From an uncultured Planktomarina sp. (GTDB taxonomy: Bacteria; Pseudomonadota; Alphaproteobacteria; Rhodobacterales; Rhodobacteraceae), in the NCBI GenBank assembly GCA_905182425.1, contig CAJJBP010000005.1, positions 24,265-88,264 of the forward strand: a DNA stretch of 64,000 bases. Direction: 5' to 3'. The notes under the pieces were generated by a model. That model ran no database searches, was not told where the DNA came from, and saw nothing but the letters and a program-made list of their open reading frames with translations. This document shows positions 48,605-58,779 of this stretch, piece by piece (positions within the stretch are counted from its first letter, which is position 1; every line of letters starts with the position of its first letter). Made by a program: the position numbers and the translations under genes.

Positions 48605-49386
48605 GCAATTTCTCCCCCAAAATAGGCATCTATCACACGCTCGTCGTTGCGCACTTCGTCCATGGAACCTTGCATCAATACTTGGCCTTCGGCCAAAACA
48701 ACTACTTTACCACAAAGACGCGCTATCATATCCATGTCATGCTCGATAATGCAGAATGTATAACCGCGCTCTTCATTTAGTTGTTCAATCATTTCTGCAA
48801 CTTTTAGCATTAATGTTGGGTTCACACCCGCGCCAGGTTCATCCAAAAGTACCACTTTACTATCATTCATCATCGTGCGGCCAATTTCGAGTAATTTTTT
48901 CTGGCCTCCAGACAAATTACCAGCAAGTTCTTCACCAACGTGTGTTAGTCCAAGGAACTCTAAAGTATCGCGAGCCAGCTCTATCACCGCAGCCTCTCGT
49001 TTTCTTACGCTTCGCCCGGCAAACCAGCTTGAAAAGATACCTTCCCCTATTTGGCTAGGCGCCGCGACAGCTAGATTTTCGAGCGATGTCATACGCGCAT
49101 ACTCGTGGCTCAGCTGAAATGTCCGCATAAGGCCTTTATGGTACAAAAGGTCTGATCTTTGCCCAGTTATATCTTCCCCAAGCAAATTAATTCTTCCTGC
49201 CGTCGGCGGCAGCTCACCCGCAATCATGTTGAAAGTAGTAGTCTTACCCGCGCCATTAGGGCCAATCAGCCCAACTATTGCGCCTTTTTCAACATCAAAA
49301 TCTACACCGCGCACGGCATGGAGCCCACCAAAACTTTTGGCAAGGCCAGAAACGCTCAACACTATTTCTTCAGCTTTCAAACGCAT
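48601..49386 (-). CDS. Liv-type ABC ATPase (LivG-like)
   Basis: GPNGAGKT, LSGGQKK, LDEP, IEHDM. Confidence 0.92.
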   Translation of the reverse strand: MRLKAEEIVLSVSGLAKSFGGLHAVRGVDFDVEKGAIVGLIGPNGAGKTTTFNMIAGELPPTAGRINLLGEDITGQRSDLLYHKGLMRTFQLSHEYARMTSLENLAVAAPSQIGEGIFSSWFAGRSVRKREAAVIELARDTLEFLGLTHVGEELAGNLSGGQKKLLEIGRTMMNDSKVVLLDEPGAGVNPTLMLKVAEMIEQLNEERGYTFCIIEHDMDMIARLCGKVVVLAEGQVLMQGSMDEVRNDERVIDAYFGGEIA

Positions 49387-49630
49387 AATCCCCAAGCAGC
49401 CCCAAAACTCTTAAGTGTGTATTGGGTATAGAAGATACATCTATAAAAAACACCCGATCAAACTACAATGGCAGTTCTACACAAGCCGAGTGCCTAGCGG
49501 CCATCTATAGCGGAATTATCCTGCGGGGAATACTAAAAATAAAGAAACTTTAATTACAGACCAAATATTAAAACCACACGTTTAAGCACAGCCTTTAAAT
49601 TGAACTCAATCCCAAACCAATCGAAACCAT

Positions 49631-50849
49631 TTACAACGAGCTCAAAATAATTGGGAGATTCTTTCTGAACGCAAAAAAACCTTTTGTGGCGTGTGGCCAG
49701 GAATTAGCGTCATATCCTCTCTTAACTCGAAGTAGTTCAATACCATGGGGCGTTAAAGCGTCTTCAAGGATATCTAGATGGTCAGCAATTTTGCCAACAG
49801 GCGCATAAGGAGTAACCACCGTCTTTAACCCGTTATCTCCTGCAGCAGCGAGCACAGGATCAAGCCAATCCTCAACTTGTAAAACAACCCCGCCCAATCG
49901 CGATCTTTCAACCGCATCCTGAACAGCACCTTGCGCGAAATCTCTTACCCTACTACTTTGCTTGAAAAAACCTTTGTCAGGCGACAAAAGTAAGCCGAGT
50001 GTTACGGCCGGCGCCTTATCAATGAATACTTCCGGGCTGCAGTCATCTTGTGTTACTAACAATAAGTGGTCATTATCGACCTCCAAGGGAGCACGTTTTA
50101 GAGGTATCACGGGATGTGCCATCGTCTCTTCCAGAGATGTTGCATTCAGTGTCAAGCCGTGCGTTTTAGCAAATCTTTCATTGGTAAATTTTGCAATATT
50201 CTCAGACGTCGCTTGATAGAATTTTCCTGGGGTATGCAAGCCCGCCACCCATCTCCAACTTAATGTGTTTGAGGCAGTGTCTCCATCCAAAAGCAGCAAC
50301 ATAAACAGATTTGCGCCAAGTTCCCAAGGAAGCTTAAACGTAAATATCCAAATTGAAGCAAACCAAAGCCTGGCATGGTTGTGAATATATCCTGTCGTTT
50401 GCAACTCTTGCAACCAATGGTCGAAGCAATCAATTCCACTGCACCCACTGAGAGCAGTGTCATAGGTTTTTGATAAAATGGAATCTTGAGCCAACACGTC
50501 CACGGCCTTGCGCAAGCTCAACCTTATAGGAGGCCCATACCGAGGGACGATGCTCTAACCAGCCCTTAAAATAGGTTCTCCAAACGACCTGTTGAATATA
50601 TTTATCAGCTTCCTTCGAAGAATATTGATGCCGGATTATTGATAATATTTCTGGCTCAGAAATTAATCGGTGTTTAATCCATGGCGACAGCGATGAAACA
50701 TTGGACCTATCCTCCGAACCATAATCATAATTACGGGTTTGCCCATATGAATTTATACCATGTTGCAGAAAGCGCTCTAGCCCTAATAGACCCTGGGCAC
50801 GGGTTGGGGAACAGGATAATTGACTTTGTAGGTCTTTTTGTCCGGACAT
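49631..50849 (-). CDS. Short photolyase with FAD domain first (NewPHL-like); apparent frameshift near 50520
   Basis: RNYD..VSSLSPW, TGYIHNHARLWFASIW, LLDGDTASN..WRWVAG. It lacks an N-terminal antenna domain and has a C-terminal alpha/beta remnant. Confidence 0.82.
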
Positions 50850-50851
50850 AT

Positions 50852-50989
50852 TTATTTTGAACCGCTACATTTCTTTGAACAATATTTCACTTCTTCCCAG
50901 ACATTCCCCCACTTCTTCCTCCAACTAAAGGGTCGTTTACAGGCCACACAGATCTTAGTAGGAAAATCTGTTTTTTTAACCATTTTCAT
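50852..50989 (-). CDS. DUF2256-like small Cys-rich protein; indel in a G run
   Basis: Hand translation MKMVKKTDFPTKICVACKRPFSWRKKW / VWEEVKYCSKKC. Confidence 0.75.
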   Translation of the reverse strand: MKMVKKTDFPTKICVACKRPFSWRKKWGNVWEEVKYCSKKCSGSK

Positions 50990-51204
50990 TTATAAAACTC
51001 ACGGCGCGTTCCAAAATCGTGTACTCTTTTACGCCAAGCTCTATAGCTTCCAGCCTTTAAATTTTTACGCATCAGGCGCTTCACCTTGTGTTCGTTAAGT
51101 CCATACATATCGTTGATCTGTTTGAAAGATACGTGGTCTGAAAGCGCCATTTGAATAATATCGCTGATTTCTTCAGGCTTTAGATTAACAATAGATTGTT
51201 TCAT
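50986..51204 (-). CDS. TIGR03643/DUF2805-like small protein
   Basis: IIQMALSDHVSF..YGLNE..VKRLMRKNLKAGSYRAWRKRV. Confidence 0.8.
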   Translation of the reverse strand: MKQSIVNLKPEEISDIIQMALSDHVSFKQINDMYGLNEHKVKRLMRKNLKAGSYRAWRKRVHDFGTRREFYK

Positions 51205-51368
51205 TTCAAAAGGCCTTATCCTGCGTTCTTTTATTAAATCTAGGTGTTGGCGGCAAAAGAAAAAGTTCAAACCCATTCTTTTTAACAAAATTATCGATTA
51301 GTATAGTTAATTGTGCTTGAAGACGATGAAGCAAAAACTAATTACTACGATAGCAATTAGGAAATCTT

Positions 51369-52903
51369 GTGACAACTTTACGTATCATACTCGGCGACCA
51401 ACTAGACACAAATATTTCAAGTCTCGACGGCCTTAATGTAGAAAAAGATATCATTCTAATGTGTGAGGTCTGGGATGAAGCCACATACGTAAAGCATCAC
51501 AAAAAGAAAATCGCCTTTCTTTTTTCTGCAATGCGGCACTTTGCCAAGGTCTCAGAGCAAAAAATATAAATCTTGTTTATTATACTTTAGCCACAGCACC
51601 CGCACTCAAATCCTTCACCCATGCAATAAAAGAGGTTTTAAAAACCAAGTCACTTACCAAAATAATTGTCACATTTCCTGGAGAGTACAGAGTACTTACA
51701 GAAGTTAAGACCTGGGTACAAGAATTCAACCTACCCGTAGATATTCGCGCTGATACTAGGTTTTTATGTTCGCTGGAGGATTTTAATACTTGGGCTGCAC
51801 CCCGAAAAAACCTCCGAATGGAGTATTTTTATCGTGAAATGAGAAAGAAATTCACCATATTAAAAATCCTGCTCAACCAGTTGGTGGTCAATGGAATTAT
51901 GATATTGAAAACCGAAAACCGCCAAAACCAGATTTTGACGTACCAAAAACCTATGTCGAAGCACCTGACGATATTACCAATGAAGTAATCACTTTGGTTG
52001 AGAAAGAATTTTCAGATCATATGGGGAAATTTTGGTGATTTTCACTTTGCCGTCACGCACTCAGCTGCGAAACGAGCACTGCATCAGTTTATAGATGAGC
52101 GCTTAAAATATTTTGGTGATTTTCAAGACGCCATGATTGAAGGAAAGCCTTGGATGTTTCACGCCCACGTTGGGCTGTACTTGAATTCTGGTCTGTTATC
52201 TCCACTTGATTGCATCCAAGCCGCCGAACAAGCCTATTATGACCACAAAGCTCAACTAAACGCTGTTGAGGGATTTATCCGTCAGATCCTAGGATGGAGA
52301 GAATTTGTCAGGGGTATTTACTGGCGTGAAATGCCTGAATATGCGCTAGACAACTTTTTTGAAGCAAAACGAGATCTGCCTTCATTTTACTGGAATGCTA
52401 AGACGGAAATGAATTGTGTGCGCCAAGCTATACAAGAAACAATTGACAATGCCTACGCCCACCATATCCAGCGCCTTATGGTGTTAGGCAATTTTGCACT
52501 TTTGGCGGGCCTTCATCCCAGACAAGTCAACGATTGGTTTCTCAGCGTTTACGCAGATGCTTTTGAATGGGTTGAACTGCCAAATGTTAGCGGTATGGCT
52601 CTCTTCGCTGATGGTGGACTGTACTCGCATCGCAAGCCCTACGCTGCTAGGCGGAGCCTACATCAACCGCATGTCAGACTTACTGCAAGGGCTGTTCCAA
52701 TACAAGGTGTCGACTCAAAAGAACGGTGCCGGACGCCTGCCCGTTCAATTACTCTCTATTGGGATTTTCTTGATCGGAACCGATCAAAATTAGGAAACAA
52801 TCACCGTGTCGGAATGATGTATCGAGTTTATGACCGGATGACTGATGAAAAGCGGAAAGAAATAGCTTCAGATAGCGCACAGTTTTTGGAAACTCTCAAC
52901 TAG
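51369..52903 (+). CDS. phrB: Fe-S bacterial (6-4) photolyase/cryptochrome (PhrB/CryB type); several apparent indels
   Basis: LILGDQL-like start, YVKHHKKKI..SAMRHF, RMEYFYREMR, EGFIRQILGWRE, YAHHIQRLM, YADAFEWVELPN, YINRMSD. Confidence 0.88.
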
Positions 52904-53027
52904 AATTGCTAACAAAAAATAACAAGTGAGTATATTATGACTGCTAGTCAAGAAGTCTTATCCACGTCAAGACACGGTATGCAAACTTACCAATGTTTGG
53001 ACATAGAAAATAATCATTTGAACTCAG

Positions 53028-55972
53028 TCATGCAATAACTGTTATTGTATCAGACGTTATAACCTCGAAATTTCCAGCACCATCAGTATAGGTCACTTGT
53101 GCATAAATTTCATCACCAATATCAGATTCGTATATTTCAAATTGTTCCTTAGAGGCGTTAGAATTTCCCCACATACTTTTTAAAGCTGCTAAATCAATAT
53201 CCGTAAACCAGCCTTCCTTACCAGTATTGCTGTAGCCCATAAGTGTGTGAGTATGCGGTTGATCGGAACTAGTGATTGCCTGATCAGTATCACCATCTTT
53301 CATATCCCACGGGTGCTCTAACCCTAAAAGATGCCCTAATTCATGTATAAATATCTCTTCCCAATCTTTTCTAAGTTCTGGCCGTTCATTCCAATAAGTG
53401 TTTAGCAGGGCCATGTCCGTTTCTAAATGCTTGCCGTTTTGCAACCCAGTTTGGTAGCTCATAATTAGCTTAGAGCCCTGAAATTGACCATTAAAACCAT
53501 TTAATTGATCCTGATTGGGTAAAGGGTGCACAAATATTGTTATGTCCGCCTCATCGATTGTGTTAACAAGATCAATATTCAGGTCTATATATTCTGGAAT
53601 TTTAGCAATCACACTTTGCATTATCTCAGATTGCCAGTCTGCTGGTTGAGCTGAATCAACGGTGACCCTTCCGGTAGGATTAGCAGCCGTAGGTTCTACA
53701 GTGTGAGTAACTTCTACGCCCCCCTGCAAGATTATGACTTTCAAAACTGCTTCAGGTCCAGCGGTCTCCTTTCTCATTTGAATTTCGCCATCTCCCATTA
53801 CGAGATGCTTAACCTCAACATTATTAACAGGGTCATTTTGCCATGTTTTGAAATTTGTAATTTCTTGCCCATTCCGAAACCAAGAAAATTCGAAGGCGCC
53901 TAAACCATCATCATCTGATATTGCAACTGCGCTTGCGGTAAGCTTTGAACCAGCTTCTAAACTACCAAATATTTTCAATGGTCCAGATTGAACGCCAGTA
54001 TCACTTCCAGTTGTGGTAAATACCAGGCTATCCCAGGCGGAGTAGTCTGCACCGTCATACGTTTGAAAATACAAAGTCTGCTCAGACGCCTGACTATCAC
54101 CCTTGATCGTTGTGTTTGCTAAGTCACTTGCGGAGACCCAAGCACCTGCTGAGGCATCAATCTCAACACCGTTCTTCACAAAGTTGTTACCGCCTGTTGC
54201 ATCGTAGACGTTAAACCAAGAGTAGGAGCCACCGTCAGCATTGGTACTGCTGAGTATCTCGCTTAGGTTCAGTGAGCTTCCAGCAGCCACTGTTTGGTCA
54301 GCTATAGACCCTACTGGTTGAGCAACCGCTGCAGCACTTCCAGTTGTAGTAAATGTGAGGCTATCCCAGGCAGAGTAGGTTCCACCTTCGTAGGTTCTGA
54401 GCCACAGTGTTTGTTCTGACGCTTGATTGTCTGCCTTGATCACTGTGTTTGCTAAGTCACTTGCGGAGACCCAAGCACCTGCTGAGGCATCAATCTCAAC
54501 ACCACTCTTCACAAAGTTGTTGCCGCCCGTTGCATCGTAGACCTGAAACCAAGAATGTGAGCCACCGTCAGCATTGGTGCTACTGAGGATTTCGCTTAGA
54601 TTAACTGAGCTTCCAGCAGCCACAGTTTGGTCAGCGAGTGATCCAATAGGTTGGGCAACCACTGCCACACTACCAGTTGTGGTTAATACCAGGCTATCCC
54701 AGGCAGAGTAGGTTCCACCTTCATATGTTTGCAACCACAGTGTCTGCTCTGAGGCTTGATTATCACCCTTGATCGTTGTGTTCGCTAAGTCACTTGCGGA
54801 GACCCAAGCACCTGCTGAGGCATCAATCTCAACACCGTTCTTAACAAAGTTGTTACCGCCTGTTGCATCGTAGACGTTAATCCAGGAGTAGGAGCTTCCA
54901 TCAGCCGCCTTGCTACTGAGTATCTCGCTTAGGTTAAGAGACACTCCAGCCGCAACAGTTTGATCAGCCAGTGATCCAATCGGTTGGGCCAAAGCTGCAG
55001 CTTCATCAGACACGTAGCCTGATAGTCCCCCATCATTATCTTGAAACATACTTCGCAGGGTACTGAAGTCTGGTTTTGAAAGGACTGGTGCAAAGTACTT
55101 GTTGAAGAGTGAGTATCCAAGAGGGTTTACTAATAATACACCTTCGGGCGTCAATGCTGAGTCGCTCCACTCAGGTTCTAATGAGCCATCTCCAGCAACA
55201 TTCTTATCAGTCCAGAACTCTTTACCCATTTCCCACATACTAAAATTGAGAGAATATGTATATTCCTTGGCTGCAACTTCAAACGCCTCAGGATTATTCA
55301 GTAGGTCTGGTGCGTATTCTGGATAAAAAATACCATTTTCTACTGCTTCTTTAACTGCTAAATAAAGCTCAGACTTTTCCAACTGTTATCATTTGCTTCA
55401 TAGGGTTCCTGATTGGTTTTATAATAATTTAGCGCTTCAACCGAACCTTCGACGGCTCCTCTCACACCATGCACGTGTAACGTATGCATTATATGTTCAA
55501 ATAGTTCCGTGATATCATTATCACCAGTCGTGGTAACTCCATCATGGCTACTATTTTGGTACCACACCATATCGTTTGCGTCACCGTAAGTAATGCCTCA
55601 GTTCCAGATCCGTAAAACGCGTCTAGATCTCCGTTTGTAAAATCTGCTAGTGGGTTTAAGGGATATTCATCACCACTTCCCTTTAGTATCCTTTGATAAG
55701 TATGGCTGCCTGCGTGCCAAGTACCTTGTTCGCCAGCAAGTACATCCTTCATTCTTTCCTGCGCCACAACGTTGATGCCAGACCCAGATGGATCCATGAT
55801 CATTACTATTGACTGTGCAACTTTATGGGCCCACTCGTCAGGTCACTTGGCCTTGGCCGCCTACCGCTCCACCAACAATTAGCTCAACTCCATAAACGTC
55901 TAAATTTCTATCATATAGGGTGCTGCCTGTGGCTTGAAGAGAACCTTTACCAGTATAATTTACGTCGCCCAT
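53028..55972 (-). CDS. Large (~980 aa) multidomain protein: N-terminal EHxxHxxH domain, three 111-aa repeats, Ig-like domain with inserted metzincin; several indels
   Basis: Hand-joined frames from ATG 55972 (MGDVNYTGKG..VPDEWAHKVAQ) through 55803-55489, 55570-55358 and 55382-53028; HELGHLLGLEH and Met-turn TLMGY. Confidence 0.75.
54003..54986 (-). repeat. Three tandem 333-bp intragenic repeats
   Basis: Units start at 54986, 54653 and 54320 (QP(I/V)GS..ADQTVAAG). A 53-nt block is identical in all three. Confidence 0.95.
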
Positions 55973-56410
55973 TCTATCATTCAGAGGCTATAATTAAAAA
56001 AAATATTTATTATTAAAATCATTTTAACTATTCAGACAACCATTTCAGTTAGTAATCAAGGTTTAAGTGAGTATTCTTCTACTGTTTTTTTAGCATTACT
56101 TCGTCAAAAAAATTGATAAAGTAGACATAATAAATTCAAACTATGCCTAACTGCCTTTACAGTTCAGCATATGGCTTAATAAAAACGGAGCCTGGCAAAA
56201 CTTATCTAAAACTAGGTAAACTACCTAAGTTATGTGAGCATGTTAATTTAATACCGAAAAGAGAATTGCCAGTATTTAATTATGATAATGAATATAATTA
56301 ATAGTTCTATTTCAGTCGTTTGTTTAAATAAGCTTACCCTACTTTTGACTATCTGTAGGACAAATCCTCCCCGTAATGCTATCAATCTTGTAGTGTTCGC
56401 ATGATTTAAT

Positions 56411-56533
56411 TTACTTTTTTCCACCAATGGAAGGCGCTGGACGTCCCGCGAGTGAGTTAGCGGTTGCAGAAACTTTCTCCTTCTTTTTCTTTGGCTTCTT
56501 CGTTTCTTTTTTGCTATTTTTACCTTTGGCCAT
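56411..56533 (-). CDS. 40-aa Lys-rich small protein (absent from the ORF track)
   Basis: MAKGKNSKKETKKPKKKKEKVSATANSLAGRPAPSIGGKK* with an AAGGA RBS. Confidence 0.7.
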   Translation of the reverse strand: MAKGKNSKKETKKPKKKKEKVSATANSLAGRPAPSIGGKK

Positions 56534-57115
56534 AGTATGTCCTTTTACAATGCAGCGGTTCGATACCACAATGGCATGAGTGACTGCGGGTGTTCACAGA
56601 TAGTACATTTAGCCATTATCTTTTTAGCTAGTAGTATATTGGTATCAGGATACAGGGCGTAGAGTTAGCCCCAAAAAAATTTAATGTTATACAGGCCTCT
56701 TGTTTCACTTGATTTGCCCTTATCTAGTTCTATCGAAGACTATCACTTTTACATTGCTTACATTTGATGTACTGCATTGTAATATATAACTTATTCAGGA
56801 TCCGACTATAAAGTACTACTTAGTTTCTCTTTCTCTAGCTTAAGAAAGGAGAAATAACATTGTCAGTAGACAGGGTGTAGTGAGAACGGGCTTAACTAAA
56901 TGTTAAGTGGGATATGCGTTTATACACAGAGTGTTTTAGTCTCCCAATGCTTACCGTTACTAGTATAGGGGAACTGGTGGTGTGATAATGAAGATAGCTT
57001 AACTCATCCTAAGCCTAAGATACTTATTAACTGTAAAGTAATTACTACTCTTAGTGCTGATAATGGCGTATCACATTGGCGAGAACGGCACGGGCTTTGG
57101 TATGCTCAGGGTTAA

Positions 57116-57358
57116 TTACTCTGGCCCAACAGCAGCACCATCCAAAGCAATATCTGAGTTACCTCTGTAGATAATCTGATACGTATTGTTACCTTTGGTT
57201 TTACACTTAGGGCAGCTGTACCTCTGACGTACCTCATGGGCAGTTGCGTCTTCACCAACCACAGCAATAAGGTTTGCTACCTCAAGCATTGAGTGATGCT
57301 TACAGAGGCCACAGGTAATACTGAGTTGGTGATCTGGGATTGAGCTTAGTTTGGTCAT
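57116..57358 (-). CDS. Small zinc-ribbon-like protein
   Basis: CGLC..CPKC pairs; likely start MTKLSSIP. Confidence 0.7.
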   Translation of the reverse strand: MTKLSSIPDHQLSITCGLCKHHSMLEVANLIAVVGEDATAHEVRQRYSCPKCKTKGNNTYQIIYRGNSDIALDGAAVGPE

Positions 57359-57375
57359 TGTGGTGCTTCTTGCAT

Positions 57376-57513
57376 TCAGCACATCAGCCAGAGAACCAAA
57401 CAAGTCAGAGCAATACCTTTGATAAATGAAACCCAATACATTGCGTAATGGCTCCAGCCCAATCTTAGACGCACTCGTTCAGATATTTCGCTATCCCATT
57501 TAAAGATATTCAT
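57376..57513 (-). CDS. 45-aa single-TM small protein (absent from the ORF track)
   Basis: MNIFKWDSEISERVRLRLGWSHYAMYWVSFIKGIALTCLVLWLMC* with a GGAGG RBS. Confidence 0.65.
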   Translation of the reverse strand: MNIFKWDSEISERVRLRLGWSHYAMYWVSFIKGIALTCLVLWLMC

Positions 57514-57622
57514 AAGTCTGCCTCCCTAGTACCAGCACTTTTTGTAATCACTGCTCATACATTCTCTCGCCATAGCTTGGGCTTTTGAGATGGCTGCGTT
57601 CAACACTGTCTTTCCATAACAT

Positions 57623-57832
57623 CTACCACCAGCCCAGTGTTCTTCCATTACCAGCAACAATCATTAGGCAGGTAACTACATGTAGAACTATCCAAAAGGA
57701 TCTGAAAGCAAGAGCCTTAGCAACATCAGATTGTTTGATTGGAAGAAACTCAGGCTTATCTTCATCTGTAGATCCGACGGGCATACCGACAGTTCTCGCC
57801 CAGACTTTTATCCACCGCCTTTGTCCACTCAC
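57623..57832 (-). CDS. Small phage-like membrane protein
   Basis: WIKVWARTVG..FWIVLHVVTCLMIVAGN; GGAG RBS upstream of GTG. Confidence 0.65.
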   Translation of the reverse strand: MSGQRRWIKVWARTVGMPVGSTDEDKPEFLPIKQSDVAKALAFRSFWIVLHVVTCLMIVAGNGRTLGWW

Positions 57833-57910
57833 GTTTATTTCTCCGCTCTACTTTAGACCCGTTGCAAATGAAATAGACTGCCAGCAATGACGCTACCCGC
57901 AAATAGTTTT

Positions 57911-58475
57911 CTACTTCCTCAACTCACCAATGATGCGGTACAAACTAGTCTTACTAATATCTAAATCCCGACACACCTGAGCCTTGCTTACTCCTTGAGC
58001 CAACGCAAGCTTAACCATGTCAGTCTTGGCACGGGCAGTTGGCTTACGACCTTTGTATTTCCCTTCAGACTTAGCCTTAGCAATACCTTCCCGTTGGCGT
58101 TCCAGCATCATTTCTCTTTCAAACTGAGCTACTGAGGACATTACATTTAAGATCAACTTACCTGTAGGATTACTCGTATCAACAGCCGTGCCACCCATGT
58201 CCAAGATAACCAGTGATGCAGCTACTGAGTTGATCTGCTCTATTATTTGACCAAGATGCTGGACTGATCTTGCTAGTCTATCCAGTTTAGTGACTACGAG
58301 CTTGTCGCCAGTGCGTAACAAACCTAGTGCAGCTTTAAGCTGTTCACGCTCTGCAACAGATGAGACCTGCTCTTTGAAGACACGCTCACAGCCGAAAGGC
58401 TTCTAAGTCTCGTATCTGACTTTCAAGACCAGCAACTTGTTCAAGCGTAGATGTTCTGGCTAAACCAATAAGCAT
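57911..58475 (-). CDS. Serine recombinase (resolvase/invertase) with C-terminal HTH; apparent indel near 58398
   Basis: MLIGLARTSTLEQ (catalytic Ser), LVVTKLDRLARS, AQFEREMMLERQREG..YKGRK, HTH. Confidence 0.92.
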
Positions 58476-58487
58476 AGCAATTACTCC

Positions 58488-58604
58488 CAATAGACTCTTA
58501 AACTATGCGGTAAATAGTACCAAAACTATCCATTGTCAATTCTATTGGTACTGTTTGAGTAGTAACCACTAAAGCAGGGTCTATTGGTACGGTGTGCTCC
58601 TAGC
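58488..58604. promoter_or_regulatory. res-like recombination site upstream of the resolvase
   Basis: Inverted AGTACCAA/TTGGTACT, repeated CTATTGGTAC, and a CAATAGAC/GTCTATTG pair. Confidence 0.6.
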
Positions 58605-58779
58605 AGAAATGATAAACTCCACGTGCCCCGTAGGCTAAACAAAAAAAAGCCAGACCCGAAGGTCCAGCTATATAAGTTAAAACATAAGGAGAAATAATAT
58701 ACTGTTAGTACGCTACGGTTCTCCATCTGGATCACTGAAAGTTTAATTCTGTGTGTGCTTGGTACGGTGTGCTTCTAGC
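58584..58779 (+). repeat. 21-bp direct repeat pair, 175 bp apart
   Basis: TTGGTACGGTGTGCT(C/T)CTAGC at 58584-58604 and 58759-58779. Confidence 0.9.
58641..58669 (-). terminator. Strong intrinsic terminator with UUCG tetraloop
   Basis: Minus strand AGCTGGACC-TTCG-GGTCTGGCT followed by a U-tract. Confidence 0.9.

Noticed and set aside
54003-54986. CRISPR array or DGR template/variable repeats
   Set aside because: The repeats are in-frame coding units without spacers, differences are not adenine-specific, and there is no cas or reverse transcriptase gene in the window.
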